This document shows positions 37,461-48,590 of a DNA stretch of 64,000 nucleotides, piece after piece. The notes beneath the pieces are model-generated. The model worked only from the letters and a program-made list of their open reading frames with translations, made no database searches and was not told the DNA's origin. Source of the DNA: the human T2T-CHM13v2.0 reference genome, Homo sapiens; the NCBI RefSeq assembly GCF_009914755.1, contig NC_060927.1. One strand, given 5' to 3'. A program made the translations under genes and the position numbers. The number at the start of each line of letters is the position of its first letter. Within the stretch, counting starts at the first letter, position 1.

Positions 37461-37479
37461 ATTATGGTATGTCTTGGTT

Positions 37480-37800
37480 TCACTTTATCAGTTCAGATGC
37501 TTTCAGCTGCAATTAACAAAGTCTGACTCAACTGGAAGAAACAATGAGGAAAATTTATTTTCTCATTTAATAAGAAGTCTGGCTGTAGGACAGATAAGCA
37601 GCTTGATAACATCACTGAGGATCCAGTTTCCAGCATGGGCTTCTGTCCTGAGACTAAGCTCTTGCTTTTCTTCACAACATGGCTGCAACAGTTGCGAATG
37701 TCATATCCTCACCCAATAATGTTCAAAGGCTTCACCCTGAAGCAGATCCCTCCTGATGTCAATTGACTAAGAAATCCTCTACCAAAGAAGAATAGATCTC
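37480..37800 (-). mobile_element. Old MaLR LTR (MLT1K/L-like)
   Basis: TCAGTTCAGATGCTTTCAGCTGCAA...GAAAATTTATTTTCTCATTTAATAAGAAGTCTGG...ACAACATGGCTGCAACAG. Confidence 0.65.
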
Positions 37801-37999
37801 TGAGGGGCAGCTAGATAAAACCATCTGTCACACCTCTTCAAATAAGGCTCAAGGGTAGGGACATGATATTTTGTTGCCAGATCTCTTCTATACCACCTTG
37901 AAAAGTACTGTGGGCACCTTAAACCTTCACTGAAGTGTTACTACTAATTAAAAACAGTTGATGGAGGGCTCAGTTATTTAAAAATTGTCATGCTTAGCA

Positions 38000-38420
38000 A
38001 TCTTGACCCTTTGTGTAGAAAGCTGTCCACTGTGGTCTAATTTCTAAAAGCAAGAAAGAATAGGAAACAATCTAATAATCAAGAAATAATTAAACAGTCC
38101 ATGTTGTACCCCTCTAGTTCTAGAGTATTAAAAATAATTTTTAAGTGACATGTAAAAATGCTAATATATAATGTTAAGTGGGTAATATAAAGGATGCATA
38201 TACACCACATTATTTCCACTAAGGAAAGCAAATATATGTAGAAAATAAAATTATGTATAGGGAAAAAGAATCTGCTATCAGAAAGTAGACCAAAATGTTG
38301 ACAGCAATTTTTCTAGGATTGTGGAAACCTGATGAATTGGTTTTCCTTTTTCTTTCCCTATAATTTTCCAAAATTTGTATGATTCACATGTTTACTTTTT
38401 TAACAGGGAGAAAAATAATT
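38000..38420 (+). mobile_element. L1ME-type 3' end remnant
   Basis: ATAATGTTAAGTG...CCAAAATGTTGACAG...TTTTCCAAAATTT...ACATGTTTACTTTTTAA. Confidence 0.65.
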
Positions 38421-38827
38421 TTTTAAAGCAATGGTGCTTAGCCTGATTGCAGAGAATGCCCTCTTGACATGAATCTGCATGTATATTTATATCTTTCTAT
38501 TCCATCCAAATCAATGTGAAGAAGCAGCTCAGACTGTATGTGAAAATCCTTACGTCTCATGCATTTTTACCAGATTTGTTGAAACAAGTGAGAGATGAGG
38601 GAGAGGACTTCTTTGCACTGAGAACAGGTTATATAAACTAAAAGTGATATTGCCATGATGGTGACCACAGAAATGTGGGTTAGGGGACTCTTCAGGGATT
38701 GCAAATGTAACACAAAATTGTGGAAGATTTGGGAAACCACAGTTAATATCTATGACAAATTAAAGAGGATTGGCATGCATCCTTATTAAGAGAAGATTTG
38801 TTTTGATTACAAAGAGATTAAAGTTCT

Positions 38828-38971
38828 TTTTAAATTTTTATTTAAATTTTTGGTAGAGACAAGGTCTCACTATATTACTCAGGCTGGCCTTGAACTCCTG
38901 GACTCAAGAGATCTTCCCACATCAGCCTCCCAAAGTGTTGGGATTACAGGCATGAGCCACTGCACCTGGAC
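38828..38971 (-). mobile_element. FLAM (free left Alu monomer, FLAM_C-like)
   Basis: Single Alu arm GTAGAGACAAGGTCTCACTAT...GAGCCACTGCACCTGG flanked by a perfect 15-bp TSD AGAGATTAAAGTTCT (38813-38827 and 38972-38986). Confidence 0.92.
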
Positions 38972-39038
38972 AGAGATTAAAGTTCTAAGGATGCCTCCAA
39001 ATCAAGAAGTTTGATGAGCTAGATCAGAAAGCATAAAA

Positions 39039-39120
39039 TGTCCTTGAGCAGGCCTCCCCAGCAGTGACTTCCCAGCAGTGGGTTCCCACAGCAGTGGGCT
39101 TCCGGGGTTCTTCCTGAGCA
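39039..39120 (+). repeat. 82-bp dispersed direct repeat, copy 2 (templated insertion with 11-bp TSD)
   Basis: Matches 36913-36994; AGCATAAAATG occurs at 39030-39040 and 39117-39127. Confidence 0.97.
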
Positions 39121-39274
39121 TAAAATGGAGTTGCAAGTTGCCAGAGGGCCAGTATGATGTGAAGGTGAATGATACAGTTCACCTCACCATGGATAGGTTG
39201 CTCATGAAGACCCCCTCCTTCCCCAAACACCTTGCCCATAAAGCAAGGATCAAAGCTTAAGAAGCCAAATGTAT

Positions 39275-39791
39275 TGTAAAAAGTAAAAGTGGAGGTTCCT
39301 CTTCAAAGACTTTCCTCCCCATCTAATTAGGAATAAATAGTAACTTGTCTTAGAAGCAAAATTTATTCAAAGACCTGTGCTCCTAAATATTTGCCCTGGT
39401 ATGTTTATACTGGTCCAAGCAAGCATTAGGTCATAGCCTGTTCCTCTTCTTTATTTTAAAAGTGTTTTTACCTTTCTCAGCATTCCACAAGTTACTTCCT
39501 CCTTCCTTTCTTCTCCTCTACCTTTGCCTCTTAAAAAGTTCTAAGTTGCTAGCCATTCGGGACAAATACAGAATGTGAAGTCCCGTTCCAGCCAATGGAA
39601 ACCAGACACAGCAGTAGGGTGGACGCGTCAGGTTATAAATGACCCTGTCTCCTTTGTTCAGTGTACTCTCGTGGCAAAACTGCTGGTGAGTCTACCCTTT
39701 CTGCAGAAAGTAAAAATGGCCTTACTATCTAAATTAAATTTATGTTCAAGTGCTATTTCTTTACAGCACTGGGGAACAAGAATTTCAAACA
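39275..39791 (+). mobile_element. ERV1 solo LTR, LTR10C-like (HERV-I group)
   Basis: TG...CA termini; TGTAAAAAGTAAAA...GAGGTTCCTCTTCAAAGACTTTCC start; CCAAT 39592, TATAAAT 39634, ATTAAA 39733; subfamily assigned from recalled consensus. Confidence 0.8.
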
Positions 39792-41344
39792 TATACTTTT
39801 CCTTTTCACACTCCTACCCCACAACAAAGTGTTAGAAACAAGACATACCATTTTAATGCATTATAATAAGTACTGGGTGTGTCAGAATTCCACACTCTTC
39901 TCTGCTGCCGGGTGCTGTGTCTGAAATGCCACCATTATGGCTTTACTCTTTTGAGCCTTGAATACTTCCCAGTTTCTTAAGTTTCCCCAAACCATACTTT
40001 CCTGCCAGGGGATAAATCTTCATGTCCTTGTCAGCAGCATCTCACAAGTTAATAGCTGACTACCAATAGGGAAGACTTCTGGATGTGGAGTTGGGGAGGC
40101 AAGACAGAGGGAAGAAGGGGCCCCAAAGGCAAGTTCTTCAAAGCTCTTATCTGTTGTATGCCTAAGGCTTCCAGAGATGATTGTTCCCATTAGTTGTTGC
40201 AGTCATCTGAAGTTGTACACTACCTACGTCTTTCATAGAACCAAGGGAAAAAGAACCTAGAATGGGCTGGGCATTTCCCATCCATAATACTGTTTCAGCC
40301 TCACTTTTCCAAACTGAATTTGGAGGTTTTCACATTAACACATGGCGTATTTAATATTCAAGGCTATGGTTTATTTTTCCATCTCAGATTCCTCCCAAAG
40401 ATTCAAGAACCTGAGAGACAGCATTCTCCAAAAGCTACCACCCTTTTTGTCCTGCTATCTCCTGAAAGCCATGACATTGTGCTGATGATGAAGGACCCAA
40501 GGAATAAAAGCTTAGGGTCGGACTGTAATCTACAGCTTTCTTTTTGCTCCCACATTTCCAGACAAAACTCTCTCACTGACCTGTGTAATTCGGTGTGACA
40601 TTTTCCAAAAGTGCCCTCTATAACTTTACTCGCTTTAGACATCTCTTTTAAGAGTGAAAGGTCGACTTTTTGGATGTGAAATATTTTATATCTGACCTTT
40701 TATCCATCATTGCTAAGATTAATACCAACTGTTTGCCCTGAAGAATAACTGAAAAAAAGCAATCAAATAAGATTATCTATTACATAGAAAAAAATAAAAC
40801 GTCATTAAAGCAATTGTGTATGTAGCTCTTGGCAAACAGGTCAGTATCATTAAAACAATGCTGGAAAGAAGACAGAATACAAAGAGACAAGACTAACCCA
40901 CAGAAACAGACGCACACATGCACATATACACATGCGCTGAATGAGCCAGGGTTAATTCTTGAGGGAAAAACAGAATCATTAGAATTGAAGCTAGGCTTAC
41001 TGGTACCCAATCAAAATCTGATGCTCAACTGTGCACTAAAGCAACAAATGCTCTTATTCCTCTTCACAACATAGTCATTACCCTGTACTCCAGAAGGACA
41101 ATAACAGGTAGAATAACCCTAAACACTCACAACCTGCCTCTGTTGCCCTAGCAACATGCATGGCTTATGAAGCACTTTCATGCATGAGAAGGACCCCAAA
41201 GGTGGCTTGTACCTTGATAGGATTAGTGTTCTGCTGGGCTCAGGTTAGGAATGTAGGTCTCTTGAAGACCACTAGCCAGACCTTCCTCATATCTCTCCTC
41301 AAACTTTAGAAAGGGAATTGGGGAAAACCTCTCAACATGCTACC

Positions 41345-41560
41345 TAGTATACTCAAAAGAATGTGCACTTTGGAGTCACACAGCACTCCTTTCAAGTGTT
41401 GGCTCCACTGACAAACAGCTGTGTGATCTGGGCAAGTCAACCATCATGAACCTCAGATTCCTCATCTGTCAAGTGAATGTAACTGCAAAGCCTACCTCTT
41501 AGTGTTTTTGTGGGGATTAAGTGAAATGAGTACCATGCACTTGATAAGTGTCAGTTTTCT
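41345..41560 (+). mobile_element. MIR SINE
   Basis: ACTTTGGAGTCACA...CAGCTGTGTGATCTGGGCAAGT...CCTCAGATTCCTCATCTGT. Confidence 0.8.
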
Positions 41561-42424
41561 TGCCACTCATCTTTAAAATACTGTAGGATCTGAATAATTC
41601 AGTGTAGCATAATTTCTAACTAGTTGTCAGATATACTTAGCGATAGGTACATTTGTTTAATGAAAATGTACTTAGAAACCTAATATTAAATTAGCCAAAA
41701 GCTGAGCTGTGGGGTTGGGAAACCTGGAGCCCTAGCACCTCAGGCCAGTTTTCCTTCAATCCCAGCCCTCTGAGGGCATCCCAGAAGCCCATGGGAATCA
41801 CAAGAAGATGGTTTGTTAGTTGTTCTGGATTATCCTGATGCTTCCTTTCACTTGCATTGGTCTTGGTACTGATTTAACTTCTTCTGAAGGGAACTATGTA
41901 TCTTCTCCAGCCACAGACTAGGAAGTTATGGGAGCTGGACTCTGCTCCCAACCAAACCAGGGCAGACAGACACTTTCAGGCATCTTGCAAAGTAAATAAT
42001 GTGTCTTTTTCTTTTTAATCTTTCCCGAAGTTCTCAGAGAAGGACCACACACCACGATAATCAGCAGAGAGACCAACTCCTTAAGCTGTCTTGTTCATTT
42101 TTCAAAACCCAGGGCAGACTCACCCTCCACACAGAATGTTACTAAGCTGCTGGGTCCACACAGACTTCTTCCTTTAGTGTCCACCTCATTGAATTGTAAA
42201 ACATTTGGGATTTTAGGGATCGTATGTGTTAGCTATCTTCCTATGGTTCCCACTCCTCTTTACCCTCGAGTTTTCCTAAGCTAGAAGCCCTAGGGGAGCT
42301 CAATACAAACACGATGGAAAGAAGAGAGCTGAGGCCTTCCCTCACAATACAATTCTGTATACTGCTTGTAGGCAAGGCCGCTCTGTTGAAACATGAGATA
42401 TGGAGAATCCTGATGAGAACCAAT

Positions 42425-42875
42425 CTAGTAGAATGGTAAAGACAGTGGATCATGGAGACAGTCTAGATGTGAACCCTGGCTCTATCACTGAGTAACTCTG
42501 GTCCAGTTACTTAACTTCTCCCTGCCTCAGTTTCCTAACATTTAAAATAAAAATGATAGTAGCAGTACTTTTCTCAGATAGTCATTGTGAGCATTAATAT
42601 GATGGAAAGGCTTTAAACAGTACCTGGCATGCAGTATGCATTCAGTAAACTTCTCCTTGACACTTTACTCCGCATTTTCTAATGATGTGAGTTATTATGA
42701 GGTTGTCAAAAATAAAAACAAAAGCACTGAACTCAGAGTTAGTATCCAAATTGTAGTCTTGGTTTCTCTATCAATTTGATGTATGACTTTAAGCAAGTTA
42801 CTTTCTCTTTTGGGACTCAGTTTTCCCCCATTCAGTTCATCATTTGGCTGGAATAGATGATCTGAAAGACTTCCT
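42425..42875 (+). mobile_element. MIR followed by MIR3 fragment
   Basis: AGTTACTTAACTTCTCCCTGCCTCAGTTTCC...ACAGTACCTGGCATGCAGTA, then GCAAGTTACTTTCTC...CTCAGTTTT...TAGATGATCT. Confidence 0.8.
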
Positions 42876-42878
42876 GTT

Positions 42879-43174
42879 GGCCGGGCATGGTGGCTTATGC
42901 CTGTAATCCCAGCACTTTGGGAAGCTGAGATGGGTGGCTCACCTGAGGTCGGGAGTTTGAGACCAGCCTGGCCAACATGGCAAAACCCCATCTCTACTGA
43001 AAATACAAAAAAGTTAGCTGGGCATGGTGGCACATGCCTGTAATCCCACCTACTCAGGAAGGTGAGGCAGGAGAATCAATTGCCTGAACCTGGAGGTTGC
43101 AGTGAGGCAAGATCACGCCACTGCGCTCCATCCTGGGTGACAGATTGAGACTGTCTCCTAAATAAATAAATATA
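42879..43174 (+). mobile_element. AluS, full length
   Basis: GGCCGGGCATGGTGGCT...CACCTGAGGTCGGGAG...GAGACTGTCTC with a short (TAAA)n tail. Confidence 0.97.
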
Positions 43175-43973
43175 GATGTCTTCTGTATCTTTTGACTTTA
43201 CGACTTTGTGTTTGATGGGGCAGAAATGGCTGATTCTAGGGTCAGCTGCCTGGCCTCCTCCCCATGTCTGCTTCCTGTGCTGTGTACCAGGCATTCACAG
43301 AACAAACTCTAACCCTCTAGTGAAAGGATTGAGATATGGCTTATAAATGCATGTGACACATCTTGAATTAAAAAAAAAAATTCATCCTAACTTTATAAAA
43401 AATCAAACTCTTTTCTTTGATTTTATAGGCATAAGCACTTTAGGTCTATTTATGGGGTAAAGATCCAAGCTCTGATCAATGGTCTCTCATCTGGCTTCCT
43501 GTATTCATGGCATGGCCCCAGCAAAACAGGCATGGGGATCTATGGCCAGGTGCCACTAAAATATAAATGTCCCTTCATTTCTAATGGATGCTGAATAATG
43601 CAGCTTATATCATTAGGCCAGTCATAAAATATTAAAAGTTAAGTAATTCAATGTTACTCAAGAGCCAGGGCCAAGTTGGTGCCTTTTTCTTCCCCTGTTC
43701 AGGGAGGAATGGCCCTGAGTGCCCAGCCTGGCCCCTGAGAACTGGCAGGATGTGATGCCAGCACCTTTATTGTTTAGGGCTGGAAGTTGTCCTTCCTAGG
43801 GTTCTATGATGCTGGCTGCTTCAGGGGAATTAATGGCAGAGTGCCAAGCCTTCAAGCAACAGCTTTGGCTTCTCCTGGAAGAGAGACATACTTAGGGGCT
43901 GCTACTCTTCCCTAACTCTTTGGGAAGGGAATCTTCAGAGATTCCCAGTGTCTGATTTGGCAAGTAGATAGGC

Positions 43974-44424
43974 TGTGGCAGATACTTGTCGTGCTCCATG
44001 TCATGACTCTTCAACCCGCCTGATTTCAGTGCAGTGATGATAGGTAAATCCACATTGTCAGCATCTCCACATCTTTTTGAGTTCACTCAGCTCACATTCA
44101 GGTGCTGCCCGGAAGTGTGGGAAAGTTATTGCTCCTGTTGGTGGTTCCCAACTAATGAGGGGTGGTCAACAAGTGTCCCAGCCACCTGTCTTTTAAAGGT
44201 ATAATTTTGATATGCATTTTATGTGTTTATTCAAAGGATCTCTGGCAGTACTAAACCCCAGTTTGCCCATAGCAATAACTAGCCCATTTCTGCACCTTTC
44301 AATGCTTCCTTGTCTTGTTTTTCTTGCCCTCTCACTCTGGCTTCCTGAGGTCACCTCCCAAGTAAATTACTTCATCCAAGTACTAGTCTCAGGCTCTGCT
44401 TACAGGGGAACCCACACCAAGATA
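43974..44424 (+). mobile_element. LTR16-family ERVL solo LTR
   Basis: Start TGTGGCAGATAC; 3' end CTTCCTGAGGTCACCTCCCAAGTAAATTACTT...GTCTCAGGCTCTGCTT...GGGAACCCACACCAAGATA. Confidence 0.75.
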
Positions 44425-44676
44425 AAGGTTCACCATATGGAAGGATTTCTGGAAGGAGAAGTGAACTTTGGAAGCTTGAGGCCTGACAAAAAAGCCAAAT
44501 AGCTCTAAAATTCGGATTCTGTGAAAATAGCTGAGCTTGAGTTGTACCACTTGTTCTGTGCACATCTAACCTGGACTTGCAAGGTGAGAGCATTGTACCC
44601 AGTTGTGTAAGTTGGGCATTGTTCGTAGGCATCTAACCCTAGGGTTTAAAATCAGGCACTTGCTCTGCTCACCAGG

Positions 44677-45251
44677 TGTATTAATCAGGGTTCTCCAGAG
44701 GGACAGAATCAATAGGCTATATCTATATAGAAAAGGGAATTTATTAGGGAGAATTGACTCACACGAGTATAAGACAAAGTCCCATGATAGGTCATCTGCA
44801 AGCTGGGGAAAGACAGAAGTTGGTAGCATGGCTCAGTCCATCTCCAAAAGCCTCACAACCAAGGAAGCCAACAGTGCAGCCCTCAGTCTGAGGCTGAAGT
44901 ACTGAGAGCCCCCAGGAGGTTGCTGATGCAAGTCCCAGAGTCCAAAGTCTGAAGAATCTGGAGTCTGAGTCCAAGGGCAGAAGGACAGGAAGCAAGCATC
45001 TGGCACGGGAAGAGAGAGAAAGAGGACTCGGCACGCTGCTCATCTCTCCTCTTCCACCTGCTTTTCTACCTGGGCTGGCAGCTGATCAGATGGTGCCTAC
45101 CCACAATGATGGTGGGGCTTCCTTGCACAGTCCACTGATTCACATGTCTGAGTCCTCTGAAAATACCCTCTCAGACATATTCAGAAACAACACCAGCCAT
45201 CTAGGCATCCCCTCAATCTAGTCAAGTTGACATCTGATATTAACCATCACA
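44677..45251 (-). mobile_element. MLT2A-family (HERV-L) solo LTR
   Basis: TGTATTAATCAGGGTTCTCCAGAGGGACAGAA...AAGTTGACATCTGATATTAACCATCACA with a perfect 5-bp TSD CCAGG (44672-44676 and 45252-45256). Confidence 0.93.
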
Positions 45252-45689
45252 CCAGGCCACACCCTGAAGTGCCAGGCTGCATCTACCAAAACAAAAGACT
45301 CCTTTTCCTAACACAAAAGTATTGATCATTCCCTAGGCTGCATGGCTTCAGGTTGACATCTTCCCCAAGGATATCTGGACATCTTTTTCCAGTTCACACA
45401 AAGGCATTTTATAGGCTTGTTGTGGTCCTCAGTCACCTGGACTTCTGCCCTATGTCTGATGGCTTCTATTTATAAACCTAACCCTGTAACCAAGGCAGTT
45501 AGTCTCTCTTCCACATCCCCTGTGACATTTTCATTTTGGCATCTGCCTTTGGCTAATGCTGACTCCTTTACTCATTCTTCTTCCTGTAAGGTGCTTGTTT
45601 GCCAGTGCTTGTTCATTAAGTCTCCACTATTTTTAGTAAGCTTCCAAGCTCACTATGTCTGTTCCCTCCAAACCACTACCGTGCTTATT

Positions 45690-46150
45690 AGATTCCATCC
45701 ATCCATTCATTTGTATGTTTATTCTTCAAGAATATTTTCAGTGTTTTCCAATAATATGCTTGGCTCTGGGTTTGCAGACATGAATCAATTCAATCCCTGT
45801 TCTAGTGGAAAAATAAAACAAGCAGAGAGATAAAGAACAGTGATAGAGGGAAGCACAGGGGCTCTGGGAGCCGGGGCAGGGTCCCTCTATCAGCCCAGGG
45901 GGCCAGTGTCAACCTTGTGGAGGCAGTGACAGATGATTACCTGAGCTGTCTTAACACTGGGTAAAGAGGGAGGGGAGGAGATGTGGAGGACAAACCAAGA
46001 GAGAACAGCAGGTTCAAATATACGAGGACAAGAAATGCACACAGAAGACTCTGAGCTGTTTAATGTTCTTGCGTTATCAAACTGGAGGCAGGAAAAAAGA
46101 GATGAAGCTGGGGGAGGGGTGAGCAAGGTCCTATCCTGGAGGAAAAGCCT
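45690..46150 (-). mobile_element. L2 fragment
   Basis: CCATCCATTCATT...GATAGAGGGAAGCACAGGG...GATGAAGCTGGGGGAGG. Confidence 0.6.
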
Positions 46151-47454
46151 ATTAAGATGCTTATACTCAATGCTGCAAGCAGCAGGAAGACATGCCAGCT
46201 GTTCAGCAAGGGCTTTGTTCTTGCTTATCATTGGCAAATGGTAGAAATTTCAATAATTTTTTCAACATTTACCTGTTTTTTTATATGGATTGCTATTTGT
46301 TTTATTGGGCTTGGATGTACACTTGTCTGTAATGAGTGGACGAGAAATGTTGTGAATATACTTAGTCTTTTAAACCTGGAAGGTGCTGAGCAAATGAGGA
46401 AGTTCAGAGCCTATGAATAACTCTGTCTACCCCCTTCCTGTCACACAGTGTATGCTTGTTTTTTCTTTTCTTTTCTGGCAAAAAAAAAAAAAAAATTATA
46501 GGAAGGATCCCTTTGCCCTTCCGACAGAGATAGGTAGGAGACAAGGAGGAGTAAGAATAGGAGAGTCAGTTAATGACTTGGCAGTAGGCTGGGTGGAGGA
46601 CCTCATCCCCTGTTCATTTCCTCTAGATCTTAGCAGAACCTTTGAAAATTAAAGAAGGCTCAGCTGAGCAGAAAGAGTTTGGGTCTTAGTGTCTTACTGA
46701 CCTGTATTCAAAGCCAGGTTTAGGCTTAGGCAAGTTTTCAAATTACTCTGAATCTCAAATCTCCTTTGCAAGGGAGTCCATGATCCTGCACTGGGGTGTT
46801 AAGGCCATTAAAAGAGACAGTACAGCTGTAAGTACCTGGCCCAGAGCTTGACTGAGTAGGACCCCAGGTGGAGCTCACCGAATGTTGGATTGCTCCTCTC
46901 CTGCCTCTCCTTTCGGCGTCACTTCTCTCTGCCTCTCTTTCTGTAAGTGCACGAGCTTGTTGCCAAGGCATATCAGCATCATCCACCTCCTTCATCTCTC
47001 TGCAGATTAATCCACTTCCATGCTACCACCAGTGAGGACTTAACTGAATCAGAGATCTGATTATGCACTTCTTTTGCCAATAATTCGCCCTGTGACTTTT
47101 GGCCGGTCACATGTGCTGTCTGGGTCTTAGCGTGTCTCTCTGTAAAAGGGATGAGTGGACCAGATTATCTCTGAGAACCCCAAATCTAACATGATAGGCT
47201 TGTATAATTCCATGGCTCTCCACTCTAGAAAATAAAGCCCAAGGCCTTATCACATCATGTAAGCTTTCCCAGGACCCCTGTGCCCATGGTCTGACTACAG
47301 TTTTACCCCTTGTTTCCTCTTTTCCACTATTTAGTCCCCTTCCTCCTCCCCTCAGTAGAATTCTCTGCTACTACCTTGGTTTCCCGCCACATTAGGCATT
47401 TCATCATCATTTATGCCAACTTTCATCATAGAAACTAACAGTATTAGAGTGGAG

Positions 47455-47456
<2 letters not shown>

Positions 47457-47488
<32 letters not shown>
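47457..47488. repeat. (TG)16 microsatellite
   Basis: Perfect TG run. Confidence 0.98.
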
Positions 47489-47491
<3 letters not shown>

Positions 47492-47769
47492 CTGAATTAA
47501 TTTAAAATTATTGTGAGTAGGCATTACTGAGGGAAACACAAAGAAAGCCTTAACTTATTGTCATAAAATAGGTTGGTGAGTTAATTTGAACAGATTCTAT
47601 AGAAAGTTGTTAGGGGTGAAACACTGACCCCAGAAATATTTGCAGCTCCATATTCAGTCCTCTGTTGATACTTTTATGAGCAGATCAGATAAGGGCTGGA
47701 GAAACGTGAAAAAAAATTGCACATGGATTTTATGTCTGGATGATATGTCACTTTGATCAAGGAGAGGCA

Positions 47770-48010
47770 GACTGTTGTTATGGAAAGAGCAAGAGAAGAA
47801 GGCGGGGGGTAGAAGCCTCATTTTGACTTTATCTTAGCCTTCCATGCGACCTTGGATATAGCTGCTTAACTTCTTGGGCCTCAGTTTCCTCATCTACAAA
47901 ATGAAAATGCTCCTATTTCTGGAGGGGTGTCACAAATTGATGGAGATAGTACATATAAAGGTACATCAAGAAAAGCATCCAAATGCTACCCTAGAGGGAG
48001 GAAGTGTTAT
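47770..48010 (+). mobile_element. MIR SINE
   Basis: GACCTTGG...CTTAACTTCTTGGGCCTCAGTTTCCTCATCTACAAAATG. Confidence 0.8.
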
Positions 48011-48239
48011 CATGAAGTCATTGCTTATCATCCATTACAGAAAAGCTTTCTAGATAAGAAAAAACAGTCACTACTCCAGCCACTGAGAAATGACACATTC
48101 CCATGGCTGTGACCTGAGTAAATGGAGGACTTGTGGCAGCACTCAAGAATAAAAATGAAAGAACAGTGTTGGTGGATTCATTCGTCACTGCCCAGCTGAA
48201 AGCTTCTGCTCTGTATTACTAGTACATTTGCTTTTCTGT

Positions 48240-48590
48240 GAATAGTGAGCACACAATATTTGCTAAAGAACTGCTCTGTGCCAGGCCCTGGACTGGACTG
48301 TGGAGTCACAGATGGAAGGACAGAGTCCCCACCTTACAGCACCTTATGAGGAGCCACATGAGGAGGCCCATCAACAAAAATAATTTCAATATGTTCTGCT
48401 AAATGACAGAATGAAGGGACATTCCTCCATGTGAAGCTGAAAGAAGGGTCACTAATTTATCCCAGAGCAATCAAGAAAGCTTCACAGAGGAGGGGGGCAA
48501 CAGAAGTGGAGCGGAAACAGAAGGTGGCAGATAAGATGAGCCTTGGAGTTTGAGCTGAATGTCAACAGGCCGAAGTTGGAAGGAAGGTGT
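48240..48590 (-). mobile_element. L2 3' fragment
   Basis: CTGCTCTGTGCCAGGCCCTG...TCAAGAAAGCTTCACAGAGGAGG...TTTGAGCTGAAT. Confidence 0.65.

Noticed and set aside
42695-43033. ORFs with familiar-looking peptides (also 59008-59205)
   Set aside because: They are translations of Alu sequence, a well-known annotation artefact
38828-43174. Inverted FLAM/Alu pair as an A-to-I editing duplex
   Set aside because: About 3.9 kb apart, diverged and limited to one arm; an ordinary configuration
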